From positions 2,402 to 66,401 of the IMG/VR virus record IMGVR_UViG_3300044736_000098: a stretch of DNA of 64,000 nucleotides; one strand, given 5' to 3'. The translations under genes were made by a program, and so were the position numbers. How positions within the stretch are numbered: position 1 is the stretch's first letter; each line of letters opens with the position of its first letter. Shown here piece by piece: positions 48,895 through 58,646 of this stretch. Source of the stretch: a virus. The notes beneath the pieces are model-generated. The model searched no databases, was not told the DNA's origin, and was given only the letters and a program-made list of their open reading frames with translations.

Positions 48895-49299
48895 CTACTT
48901 CGGCCGCCAGTTCGTGCCCTTCTCTTTCAGCTCCCGGATCAAACGCTTCGTGAGACCGTCCTGCGGATTGATGCCCTTGTCGCCGAGCGCCTTGATTGTC
49001 TTGGTCAACTCGCGGGCGTCCTCGATTGAAATAAAATCGTCCGCGCCCTTGTTCAAAACGCCCAACTTCAACAGACACCGTTCCTCGCCGCAAAAATAAT
49101 TCGCCGACAAGGTAATAGAGCCGCTCGGAAGTACCGTGTAACGCAAGCCTGTCACCATATCGTCGGACAGGTTCGCCCGCGTCATAAGGCTCTTGCCGTT
49201 CTGCAGATCCTTGGCAATGCCAAACAGGGTTGCTTCCGTGAATTTGGTCCCCTTTTTCATACCTTGTTTTTCGGTTTCTCGAATGTACTGACGCGCCAT
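48895..49299 (-). CDS. Stand-alone integrase arm-type DNA-binding domain protein
   Basis: GL.Y.V.PSG......Y.....LG......I.DAR.......G.NP; GGAGG SD; TTGACA-N17-TAAAAC promoter at 49332-49360. Confidence 0.7.
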   Translation of the reverse strand: MARQYIRETEKQGMKKGTKFTEATLFGIAKDLQNGKSLMTRANLSDDMVTGLRYTVLPSGSITLSANYFCGEERCLLKLGVLNKGADDFISIEDARELTKTIKALGDKGINPQDGLTKRLIRELKEKGTNWRPK

Positions 49300-49552
49300 A
49301 ATTAGTCACCTCCAAAATGCCGTAGGGGCGAGTTTTATTTGCGGGCGGACGGCGTGTCAATGAAAAAGATTGCAATAAGTGTTGACTTTTGGCAAAAAAC
49401 AAAAAAGCAGCGAGTCGCGCCTTCCCGCCGCAATTCTTTTACAAATCTGTTGACTTTTCCCAAATCGGGTCTACTTTGGCTTCGCACTGCATCCACTTAC
49501 CCGGACCAATTTTATGGCACCGGACTTTTCAGCCCCATGGGAAAACACCATC

Positions 49553-50212
49553 ATGTCAATTACAATACGGCTCACGCCCACGTCGCATCACGTGGAGTTC
49601 GAGGTCGGCTCGCCCGAAGAAGGAATCGGCTTTGTCTCGGAGAAGGGCGACGCACTGATGCGCCTGCTTGACGTGCTGGATCGATTGCCCAAGGGCGAAG
49701 GCAGCGAGCTGGAAGTGCCCGCAGAAGCCGGCGCACCCGTGAAGGAACGCAAACCGCGCGGCCCGAACAAACCCAAGGTGGAAGCGGTAGCCCCGGCACC
49801 ACTGGCCGTTCCGGGTGCAGCGCCAAGCCCGCCGGTTCCGACTGCGCCAGTTGCTCCTGTGGCGCCCGCACCGGCCGCACCGATCAATACCGCAGAGGGT
49901 GCGAACGGTATTCCTGCGTTCCTCGACCGCACGGGCGCTCCTGCCGCACCTCCCGCCCCGGCTGCACCTCCCCCGCCACCACCGGCCCCTCCCGCACTCC
50001 CGCCGTCGGGCGTGCTTGCGGAGAAGATCATCGCGAACCTGGACAAGCGCAAGGCCGGGACGCCGGACGGTGGCCAGTCGCTCGCCGATTGGCTCGCCGG
50101 CTGCGGCATTACGATCAAGGGCGCGACCTACGACGAAGCGATCGCCGTGCTGCGACTGCAAACGGACGCGAAGCTGCAACCGCTGTTGGGACCGCTCGAA
50201 ATCGCCGCTTAA
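49553..50212 (+). CDS. Pro/Ala-rich early protein
   Basis: First gene after rightward promoter; GIPAFLDR motif. Confidence 0.7.
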   Translation: MSITIRLTPTSHHVEFEVGSPEEGIGFVSEKGDALMRLLDVLDRLPKGEGSELEVPAEAGAPVKERKPRGPNKPKVEAVAPAPLAVPGAAPSPPVPTAPVAPVAPAPAAPINTAEGANGIPAFLDRTGAPAAPPAPAAPPPPPPAPPALPPSGVLAEKIIANLDKRKAGTPDGGQSLADWLAGCGITIKGATYDEAIAVLRLQTDAKLQPLLGPLEIAA

Positions 50213-50537
50213 GGGCCGCAGAAGGGAAGGGCCGCGCGACGTGGTGTTGCGCGGCCAAGATGGGGACGGGACGAGACGTGGCGAACGACGTGGAAATCAA
50301 AGTCGGCGGCACCTACAACTTAGGTGGTCAATCTCGATTCCCGCATCGTGTACTCGCCATAACGGAACATCCTTCTGTGCCGGGCGACAAGCGTGTTTTT
50401 ACGCGGGTTTTGCGCCCCGACGGCTCCCTTGGTTCCAACGAAAACAAGTGGAGCCTCGCGGTTTTAGCGTCTCGTGTCGTCGAGGAAGTTGCGATTGACC
50501 AGAGGTGCGACGGTTGTAAGCCGGCGGAGATACGCGG

Positions 50538-50768
50538 ATGCTAGTCACCATCGTCGCCACGCTCTGCTCCCTCGCGGGCCTCTGCGTCGAGGAAATCGTG
50601 ACCGATTCCACCCTCGAACCCCAACTTACTTTCCAGTCGTGCCTTTCGGGAGCGCAAGCGCCGCTCGCCAAGTGGAAAGGCGAGCATCCGATTTATCGCT
50701 CTGAGCGTTACAGGATCGCCGGGTGGAAGTGCGTACCAGGGCGCTACGAGTTGCGGGGACGGGTGTAG
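50538..50768 (+). CDS. Small Cys-containing hypothetical protein
   Basis: GGAG SD. Confidence 0.55.
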   Translation: MLVTIVATLCSLAGLCVEEIVTDSTLEPQLTFQSCLSGAQAPLAKWKGEHPIYRSERYRIAGWKCVPGRYELRGRV

Positions 50769-51034
50769 TGATGCAGTGCCCGAAGTGTCACGCACTATCA
50801 GGTGACGACTGGTCGCAGTGCGGTGACGGGCCGTGTCCGATGCAGTGGAATTACAACTGTCGTTACCCCCGGCTCTCTTGGTGGCGATTGTGACGGCTCG
50901 TGTCAATGTCCGCCGCCCGCACCCTGCGAACCCTGCGAATATTGCGGCCCCGGCAAATCGACAGGACTGCCGGGCAACGCTTGCGAAAATTGCATGAATA
51001 CGGGACTTAAGAACCCGACAGCGGAGGATTTAGC

Positions 51035-52153
51035 ATGAACGCGCACGTAGACGAGTCTGCACAACATGCGGTTTATTCGCCTAGTTCCGGTCACGTATGG
51101 GCGGCGGAAGATGGCTGCACAGCGGCGCCGGAAGCTATCGCCGCGATGTACCGCGTAGTTCCAGAAGTAGAGGGCGAGGAAGCAATCGCTGGCACCGCCG
51201 CGCATGACGAACTGGAAAGGTGCATTGGCTCCCTCTCGGGCGATTTCGTCGATCCCGCGACAATGCCCATCCTTGAACCGGACCCGGATCATCCCGCCGC
51301 TTACGGCGTAGCCCTGATGATTGCCTACATTCGCCAGCTCCCACCTGGTCGGATGTGGGTCGAGCAACGCGTCATCTTGACCAAGGAAATTTGGGGCCGC
51401 GCCGATATCCAACACTGGCACGAGGAAAGCGTCACGCTCACTATACCCGATTTGAAAAACGGGTTCGTCGGCGTCGACGCAGAGGACAACGAGCAGACGC
51501 AAATTTACGCCGCCGCCGCAATCGGGATGCACAAACTGCCGGCGAAATGGATACGGCACGCAATTTGTCAGCCGAACGATTTTAGACCCGGCCCTAGAAT
51601 CAAGCAGCATGTGCAGAGCGTAGAGTCACTCTCTACGTTTGCCAACCGCGTCGCCGCCATTCCCTACGGTCCCAAGACGTTCCGTTTCGGCGAACACTGC
51701 CGCGACTGCCCGCTGCTCGGCACGTGCCCGCCGACCAAGGACGTATTGGCGCAATTCGCCGCGGTTGTCGCTACCGGCACCGACCCGACGCCCGCGCAAA
51801 TCCCGCTGTTCGTGGCCCTCAAAAAGCCGATAGACCATTTCTTCGAAGGGCTGATGAAAAACGGCACCAAGAAAGCCTTGGCGGGCCATGTGCCGCCGGG
51901 GATGAAACTGGTCACGGCGACGAAGCACCGGCAGTGGAAGTCGGAAGCGGACGCGCGGGCCGCTGTCCTGCGGGAACGGGGTGTCGAGGCGCTGAAACCG
52001 CCGACGCCGGCACAAGCAGAGGATATGGGAATCGACATATCGGGGCTTGCGGATAAGCCCGAAGGCGGCCCGGCCCTGGCATTCGAATCGGATCGCCGCG
52101 CTACATGGGCACCGAAGTCGGCTGCCGAGATGTTCAAGGACGTGACGGGATGA
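51035..52153 (+). CDS. DUF2800 / Cas4-like PD-(D/E)XK exonuclease
   Basis: SPS...W...C, GT.AH, VEQ, GRAD, DLK.G, Q..IY, G.HC..CP. Confidence 0.85.
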   Translation: MNAHVDESAQHAVYSPSSGHVWAAEDGCTAAPEAIAAMYRVVPEVEGEEAIAGTAAHDELERCIGSLSGDFVDPATMPILEPDPDHPAAYGVALMIAYIRQLPPGRMWVEQRVILTKEIWGRADIQHWHEESVTLTIPDLKNGFVGVDAEDNEQTQIYAAAAIGMHKLPAKWIRHAICQPNDFRPGPRIKQHVQSVESLSTFANRVAAIPYGPKTFRFGEHCRDCPLLGTCPPTKDVLAQFAAVVATGTDPTPAQIPLFVALKKPIDHFFEGLMKNGTKKALAGHVPPGMKLVTATKHRQWKSEADARAAVLRERGVEALKPPTPAQAEDMGIDISGLADKPEGGPALAFESDRRATWAPKSAAEMFKDVTG

Positions 52154-53550
52154 CTATCACAGGAGCTGATCTTATCCGATGGGGATACACGCCCGGTCCG
52201 TGGTTTAAGGCTGCGATTGCGCACGCGGCAACCCTTGCTGACCTTTCCGAACCGGACCTGCGCGCCGCTCTTTCCCGCTTCGCACCAGCGCCGGTCATTT
52301 ACCAAACGCGCCGCGAATCTGGCGCGCTCTCGTTCCACATGAACCTTGAAGCGGACACACCTGACGAGGTGACCAACGCGGCCGCAGTTGCCGAGCATAT
52401 GGCGGAGCTGATGCGCGTGCCGACCATTCGCGCTGGTGCCGTGATGCCTGATGCGTGCCCGGCCGGTTCGGCGAAGGGTACGATTCCCGTCGGCGGCATC
52501 GTTGCCGCGGAGAACGCTATTCATCCCGGTTACCACTCGGCGGATATTTGCTGTTCAATGGCGATTTCGGTGTTCGACAAGGGCGTGGACCCCGGCGCGG
52601 TGCTTGACGCTGGTATGAAGTTGTCGCACTTCGGCGCGGGTGGTCGTCCATATAGCGCGGACATGCGCCCGTCCGATTCGCTTCTTTCGCAGTTCGAAGG
52701 CAACCGCTTCCTTTCGACAACGACCGAGGCGGCAACGCGCCATTTCGGAACGCAGGGCGACGGTAACCATTTTTTCTACGTTGGGGTAGTGAAGTCCACG
52801 GGGCAAGTGGCGTTGGTAACGCACCACGGTTCGCGTAAGCCTGGCGCGCTGCTTTATAAGGCAGGTATGGCGGTGGCAGAGCGTAATACGCGGCTGGTTG
52901 CGCCGTCTGTGCCGAAGCATCAGGCCTGGATCGTGGCCGACTCGGAGGATGGGCAGGAGTACTGGAAAGCTCTGCAGATCATCCGCACATGGACAAAGAA
53001 AAATCACTTCGCCATTCATGACGCCGTTGCGAAGTACATCGGAACGCGCGTCAAAGATCGATTCTGGAACGAACACAACTTCGTTTGGCAAAAGTCCGAT
53101 GGACTCTTTTATCACGGGAAGGGCGCGACGCCTGCGTTTCCCTACTTCGCCGCCGACACGAACGGCTTGACGTTGATTCCGATGAATATGGCCGAACCGA
53201 TTCTGATAACGCGCGGCCTTGACGCGCCGAGCGGGTTGGGTTTCTCGCCGCACGGTGCCGGTCGAAATTTGAGCCGTACGGGGTTCAAGCGGACCCTTGG
53301 GAGCCACGAGACGGAAGCGGCGCTGCACGCGGCGGCCGGCCTCTCGGGGCAAGTGGATTGCCGTTGGTTTTCGGGCACACCGGACACCGGCGAAATGCCT
53401 GGTGCGTACAAAAACGCGGCTTCGGTGCGGAGGCAGATTGCGACGTTCGGACTGACTGAAATCGTCGACGAGGTGTTGCCTTATGGGTGCATCATGGCGG
53501 GCGAGGTCGACTGGCGACGAGCGGGAAAAGAAATGGGCGCGGACGCGTAG
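52150..53550 (+). CDS. rtcB: RtcB-family RNA ligase
   Basis: MPDAC, ADICC, GDGNHF, HHGSR, EHN, HGKGATP, SPHGAGR, E.PGAYK. Confidence 0.92.
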   Translation: MTITGADLIRWGYTPGPWFKAAIAHAATLADLSEPDLRAALSRFAPAPVIYQTRRESGALSFHMNLEADTPDEVTNAAAVAEHMAELMRVPTIRAGAVMPDACPAGSAKGTIPVGGIVAAENAIHPGYHSADICCSMAISVFDKGVDPGAVLDAGMKLSHFGAGGRPYSADMRPSDSLLSQFEGNRFLSTTTEAATRHFGTQGDGNHFFYVGVVKSTGQVALVTHHGSRKPGALLYKAGMAVAERNTRLVAPSVPKHQAWIVADSEDGQEYWKALQIIRTWTKKNHFAIHDAVAKYIGTRVKDRFWNEHNFVWQKSDGLFYHGKGATPAFPYFAADTNGLTLIPMNMAEPILITRGLDAPSGLGFSPHGAGRNLSRTGFKRTLGSHETEAALHAAAGLSGQVDCRWFSGTPDTGEMPGAYKNAASVRRQIATFGLTEIVDEVLPYGCIMAGEVDWRRAGKEMGADA

Positions 53551-53640
53551 AGTTTCACTTTAACTGTTGACTTTTCGCGAATACGCCGTAAGTTAGCATT
53601 TCTTGCAATCTTGCAACTTTGTAGAACCCCGGAGTGACCA

Positions 53641-54516
53641 ATGACCGACGTGAAGCACAAGAGCCAACGTTCCGAAACCCTACTGATCGGCGAAGCGCGA
53701 ATCGCTTTCCCATTCCATCACGAGAAGCGCACCAAGTCGGCGGGCGGCGCCCCGCTCGAAAAGCCCCGGCACGACGCCGTGGTGCTCGTTCCGAAACTCA
53801 ATGCCGACCCGACGCAGTGCCCGAATTACGCGAAGCTGGCCGGGCTTTGCATGGAAGCCGCCACGAAGGCATGGGGTTCCTGGCCGCAGGGCGGCAAGTG
53901 GCCGGTGCAGGATGGCGACGTTCCCCACGTGTCGAAGCCGAAACCGGGCATTACGCCCAAGACTGCCGAGCAGATCGCGGCGGCGAACGTCTGGCGTAAA
54001 GGATGTTGGGTCATTGAAGTTTCCACGAACCTCGATCCGGGGCCGCGGGTGTGCGTGTTGCAGAACGGCGTGGCCGTCGAGATTCCGGCGAAAAGCATTG
54101 CGGGCCAGCAATTGTACAAATCTGGCGACTATGGGTATGTGTCGTTGAACGCGTATTCTTTTCAAAACCAGACGTTCGGCGTGAACTTTGGGTACGAGGG
54201 CGTGCTCTACACCCGTCCCGGCGAAGCGATCGGCTCATCCGGTCCCCGTTCGGCGCAAGCGATGTTCGGTGACGTGGCCGGGATGGCTCCGCCGTCGGCG
54301 CCGCCAGTGCCGAGCGTGGGTCCGCCGATGCCTCCGCAGCCGCAAGCGCCGCAGTATGCCGCTCCGGTAGCGCCTTTGGCGGCCCCTACGGCTCCGATCT
54401 ACGCCGCCCCTGTAGCACCCGCTGCCCCGCCCGCACCGCCCGCCCCGCCGATGCCTCCCGGCGCGATGGCACCGGCCGGCGGTCCCCCGATGCCGCCGTT
54501 CCCTGCGGCGAGGTAG
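53641..54516 (+). CDS. ssDNA-binding protein (DUF2815-like) with Pro-rich tail
   Basis: RIAFP, P.QDGD, Y.SG.Y, GV.FG, GE.IG; between exonuclease and polymerase. Confidence 0.8.
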   Translation: MTDVKHKSQRSETLLIGEARIAFPFHHEKRTKSAGGAPLEKPRHDAVVLVPKLNADPTQCPNYAKLAGLCMEAATKAWGSWPQGGKWPVQDGDVPHVSKPKPGITPKTAEQIAAANVWRKGCWVIEVSTNLDPGPRVCVLQNGVAVEIPAKSIAGQQLYKSGDYGYVSLNAYSFQNQTFGVNFGYEGVLYTRPGEAIGSSGPRSAQAMFGDVAGMAPPSAPPVPSVGPPMPPQPQAPQYAAPVAPLAAPTAPIYAAPVAPAAPPAPPAPPMPPGAMAPAGGPPMPPFPAAR

Positions 54517-54659
54517 CTCTTGAAGAGATACAGCGCGGGTTAGTTTTGCGTCCCGCGTTGTCGTAGAGGTTGGTGACACCTCGGAAAAACACCTAGGGGC
54601 CGGGCGAGTGCGGAACGTGCAAACCGCAATTTCCCGGCCCTCAATCCGTCAGGTGGCCA

Positions 54660-55007
54660 ATGCCCCGCACCATCTTTGTATTCGGTTCGAATCTGGCCGG
54701 CCGCCACGGCAAAGGCGCGGCCCTGTACGCTCGACAGCATCACGGCGCGGTGTACGGACGGGCAGAAGGGTTGCAGGGCGATAGCTACGCCATCCCTACC
54801 AAGGATGCGACCCTAAGAACATTGCCGCTGTCGGAGGTGCGGAAGCACGTAGAGGCGTTCCTAGCATTCACCGCCGCCCATCTCGACCTTACTTTCCATG
54901 TGACGCGAATCGGCTGCGGACTGGCCGGGTATACCGACGCGGACATTGCGCCGATGTTCGCGCAGGCGCCTGCGAATTGCTTGCTGCCCGAGGGGTGGCG
55001 GGCGTGA
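54660..55007 (+). CDS. Phage FVFGSN-family protein (Macro-like)
   Basis: IFVFGSNLAGRHGKGAA, SYAIPT, VTRIGCGLAG. Confidence 0.75.
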   Translation: MPRTIFVFGSNLAGRHGKGAALYARQHHGAVYGRAEGLQGDSYAIPTKDATLRTLPLSEVRKHVEAFLAFTAAHLDLTFHVTRIGCGLAGYTDADIAPMFAQAPANCLLPEGWRA

Positions 55008-55291
55008 CCGAAACAACAGTAGTCAACGTCCGATATGGCGCGTGCGACGTGCGGATCGATCGCAGCGGTCCCTATGGAAATCGTTACGTCATTGGTCAGC
55101 ATGGCAACCGCGCCACGGTGATTGAGAAGCACGAGCGGGACTGGCGTGCGATGCTTGCGGACCCGACGACGCGCGACCAAACCCTCTGCTGTCTACGGTA
55201 CATGAAAGGAAAACGGCTCGGCTGCCACTGTAAGCCGGCCGCGTGCCACGGGGACAACTACGTCCGTTTAATCGTGGAGTTTTGTCCGTGA
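55004..55291 (+). CDS. DUF4326-like protein
   Basis: DV.IDR...YGN, GK.LGC.C.P..CHGD. Confidence 0.8.
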   Translation: MTETTVVNVRYGACDVRIDRSGPYGNRYVIGQHGNRATVIEKHERDWRAMLADPTTRDQTLCCLRYMKGKRLGCHCKPAACHGDNYVRLIVEFCP

Positions 55292-57363
55292 CGTTTCGTC
55301 TGATCTATGACACCGAACTTAGGTCCGAAATCGACTTGCCCAACCGAGGCCTAGATATCTACGCCAAGCACCACACGACCGAAATGCTGTGCGCTACGGT
55401 TGCCACGGACAATTTCATCGGCACGTGCTCTTTCGTCCCGTCCAGTGACGGCCGCGAAGCCCTGGAAAAAGAAATGGCCGCGCTCGGTCTCAACGTCGTG
55501 TCACCTGACACACTGCTCGCCACGCTGCGCGCCGCTGACGTGGTAGTCGCCAGTAACGCGCCGTTCGACGCCACAGTAACGCGCGAAGTCCTTGGCATCA
55601 ACATTCCCCGCCATAAGTGGCGCTGCACGATGGCGCGGGCAATGCGCCACGGCCTACCGGGTTCGCTCGCGGCCGGCGCCTCCGTCTTGGGGCTGCAAGA
55701 GGGAAAAGACAAAGAGGGCAATAGGCTGATGAAACAGCTTATGAAGCCCCGATCGGCGTGGACGAAGTGGCACGCGACACCGCCCGAGCTACGGAAAAAA
55801 GCGGACCCCGGCGAAAAATGGTTCGAGGACAGCAAACGCCTCGCTAGGAATGCCGCGTACAACGCGTCCGACGTGCGGGTGTCTCGTGAGCTAGACAAAC
55901 GGCTTCCCGACCTGGAGTCTGCCGAGTTCGACATATGGCAGCACGTTTGGGACATGCGGGAAATCGGCATCCCCGTCGACGTCGAAATGATAAACGGCGC
56001 GATCGCCATGTCGGAGGAAGCGCAGCGCGATTTGATTGATCGTATCCGCGCCTACACGGGCGGGATGATTCAGTCCCTCAAGGCGCCGGGCCAGCTCGTC
56101 GCATGGGCCGATCGCTACGGCTACTATATGCCGTCGTGGACAAAAGACACAGTAGCCGAAGCGCTCGCGGATCCAAACTGCCCCGAGCCGGTGCGCGTGG
56201 TGGCACTGGCCCGGCAAGAGGCGTCCCGCGGCAGCGTGGCGAAGTTTGAGACAGCCGCCGAGATGGTTTCGCCGGATGGTCGTCTGCGCCATCAGATCGA
56301 ATATGCGGGCACGTCCACGTTGCGGCTGGCGGGGCGGGGCGTCCAGCCGCTTAACCTGCCGCGGCCTAAGATCGAAGCGGACAAATCGGCGGGCCTCGCG
56401 GACGTAAGGGCGGGGCGACCCGTCCGTGTGCCGGCGTGGAAACTGGACTATGACCCGGCACGGGCGCTTGAAGCCATACGCGCGGGTGACTTAGCGGCGC
56501 TCCGCAACATCGGCGACCCTGAAGAAATCCTGTCCGAAAACATCCGGCCGATGATTTGCACCGTGCCGGGAAAAAAGATCGTGTCGCCGGACCTGTCAGC
56601 CATCGAGGCGCGCGGCGTATTTTGGCTTTCGGGCTGTGAGAAAGCGTTGCAAGCGTATCGACGTAACGAGGATTTATATTCGGCGCTCGGTAGCACCATC
56701 GTCGGCTTTCCGGTCAACAAAAAAGACAATCCCGAGGAACGCCAGTTGGGGAAGGTCGGGATTTTGAGTTGCGGATACGGTGCTGGCGCGGCTAAAGTCG
56801 CTTTCACCAATAAGATCGACGAAGAAACCGGCTACAAAATCGTGCAGGCGTATCGGTCGGAATACCCCGAGGTGCGCGCGTGCTGGTACGAACTGGAAAA
56901 CACGGCAGTTGCAGCAATCCAAAACCCCGGCTCTATGCTGGCGTGCTGCCAAGGTCGGGTGCATTTCGTTTTCGACGGTGGCAAGCAGTGGCTTGCGATG
57001 CGCCGGCCGTCCGGAACGTGGATGTATCTACCGGACGCGGGGGTCGACTTCGATGGTCGGCTCTTTTACCATTCGTGGATCAAAGGCGCGTGGCGCGAAG
57101 AGTCGATATGGGGCGGCGTGCTGATCAACTTCGTGGTGCAGGGCATGTGCCGAGAATTGATGTATCATGCCGAGATGCAATTGGCCGCCGATCCCCGATA
57201 TGAGTTATTTCTGCAGTGCTATGACAGCCTGTCGGCGCTCGTGGACGCGGATCAGGCACAAGAACTTTGCGACAATATGATTCGCGTGATGACGACCCCG
57301 CCGCCCTGGTGTCTGGATTTTCCGCTCGCGGCGGAAGGCAAGCCAAAGGAACGGTACTCATGA
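55288..57363 (+). CDS. DNA polymerase family A (phage type) with 3'-5' exonuclease
   Basis: YDTE, NAPFD, YN..DV, QP.NLPR, DLS.IE.R, R..GK...L..GYG, N..QG. Confidence 0.92.
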   Translation: MTFRLIYDTELRSEIDLPNRGLDIYAKHHTTEMLCATVATDNFIGTCSFVPSSDGREALEKEMAALGLNVVSPDTLLATLRAADVVVASNAPFDATVTREVLGINIPRHKWRCTMARAMRHGLPGSLAAGASVLGLQEGKDKEGNRLMKQLMKPRSAWTKWHATPPELRKKADPGEKWFEDSKRLARNAAYNASDVRVSRELDKRLPDLESAEFDIWQHVWDMREIGIPVDVEMINGAIAMSEEAQRDLIDRIRAYTGGMIQSLKAPGQLVAWADRYGYYMPSWTKDTVAEALADPNCPEPVRVVALARQEASRGSVAKFETAAEMVSPDGRLRHQIEYAGTSTLRLAGRGVQPLNLPRPKIEADKSAGLADVRAGRPVRVPAWKLDYDPARALEAIRAGDLAALRNIGDPEEILSENIRPMICTVPGKKIVSPDLSAIEARGVFWLSGCEKALQAYRRNEDLYSALGSTIVGFPVNKKDNPEERQLGKVGILSCGYGAGAAKVAFTNKIDEETGYKIVQAYRSEYPEVRACWYELENTAVAAIQNPGSMLACCQGRVHFVFDGGKQWLAMRRPSGTWMYLPDAGVDFDGRLFYHSWIKGAWREESIWGGVLINFVVQGMCRELMYHAEMQLAADPRYELFLQCYDSLSALVDADQAQELCDNMIRVMTTPPPWCLDFPLAAEGKPKERYS

Positions 57364-57579
57364 CTCCAATATGGCTTCGTCTCACGTTGACCAAGATGCG
57401 CGACAGGTACGTAGCAGATGCAGTGACGCTTGCTCGTATATTTCCCAATAACGATTACGAGACGCAGAGCGATTGCGCTATTGAGACGCGGCGCAACCTG
57501 GAGACCGCTACTCATGAAATCAACGGGCTACTGGCGATGTCCGACGTTCCGTTGATGGCTCTGACAAGGAAAAAGTAGC

Positions 57580-57981
57580 GTGCCGCAGATAACCGAGTGG
57601 CATATCCAAAGGGCATTCACCACGTTTTTCAAAGGCGAGAAGTGGAAAAACGGCCCGCTCAAAGGGCAGTGGAAAGTGCAGCCCTCTTGCCTTCCCGGTG
57701 TCGTCTCATGGCACACGCCGAACAATGGCAAGCGTGAGGACGGCGGTGCGCTCGAAGGCTCTTGGCTAAAAGATATCGGACTTGAACCTGGCATTCCGGA
57801 TTATTTTTTCTTGTGGGGCCGGTTGCATTTCATTGAATTCAAAAAGCCCGGAGGCGTGCTGTCCCCCGCGCAGAAATTAATACACCCGCGCCTGACTGCG
57901 GCCGGCGCGATCGGTTGCACCCTTGACGATCTGGAGGACGCGAAACGGGTGGTTCGCTCTTGGGGCTTAACTTTGTGTTGA
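57580..57981 (+). CDS. VRR-NUC nuclease
   Basis: H.PN, G.PD, FIEFK..GG.LS..Q. Confidence 0.85.
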   Translation: MPQITEWHIQRAFTTFFKGEKWKNGPLKGQWKVQPSCLPGVVSWHTPNNGKREDGGALEGSWLKDIGLEPGIPDYFFLWGRLHFIEFKKPGGVLSPAQKLIHPRLTAAGAIGCTLDDLEDAKRVVRSWGLTLC

Positions 57982-58028
57982 CTTACGACAAAATTGGCGT
58001 AGGTTAACGAGCAACAGAGGGAGCCGAC

Positions 58029-58646
58029 ATGACCCGCGACGCCAGCCATTCGACCAGTGACATTGTGACCGTATTCGCCCGCCAAGGTATCGCGATTTCC
58101 ACGATTGCCCGCGCTATGGCAATTCCGACGGAACGTGTCACCGGCATGTGCGAGCGCGCGAAGGCGGGCGGCGAGTTGCAAATGCTACCGCCGGCCATGC
58201 CGAACGATCCGCGCCATGCGCTGCTTGCAGAGTTGACCAATCTGCGGGCGCAACTGGACGATGCCCGCGCCGAAATTCGTGAGTTCAAAAATCAAAAGAA
58301 CGACGTTGGCGAGTTCTTTTCCGGCGTCGCCAAGATGACCCCGAGCGAGGCGAAAGTCGTTGGTGCAATAGCGCGCTACGGTCGCGCGTCAAAATCGACG
58401 CTGTATCACGCGCTCTATGGCGGCCTCGGCGACGATGAACAGCGCGAACCTAAAATCGTTGACGTGATGGTTTGTAAGTTGCGGAAAAAACTTCGGCAGC
58501 ACAACATCGAAATCGAAACGATTTGGGGCGTCGGCTACACCATGGACCCGGAAAGCGTGGCGCGACTGCGCGAACTCGCCGGGCAAACAACTTTTGCGAC
58601 GATTGATGCGCCCAAGCTTGTGCCCGAAGCGTTGGCAGTCGCATGA
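58029..58646 (+). CDS. Winged-helix regulator with CtrA/OmpR-like C-terminal domain, no receiver domain
   Basis: LYGG...EPKIVDVMVCKLRKKL...IETIWGVGY. Confidence 0.85.
   Translation: MTRDASHSTSDIVTVFARQGIAISTIARAMAIPTERVTGMCERAKAGGELQMLPPAMPNDPRHALLAELTNLRAQLDDARAEIREFKNQKNDVGEFFSGVAKMTPSEAKVVGAIARYGRASKSTLYHALYGGLGDDEQREPKIVDVMVCKLRKKLRQHNIEIETIWGVGYTMDPESVARLRELAGQTTFATIDAPKLVPEALAVA

Noticed and set aside
51035-52153. CRISPR Cas4
   Set aside because: Context (SSB, polymerase) fits a phage recombination exonuclease
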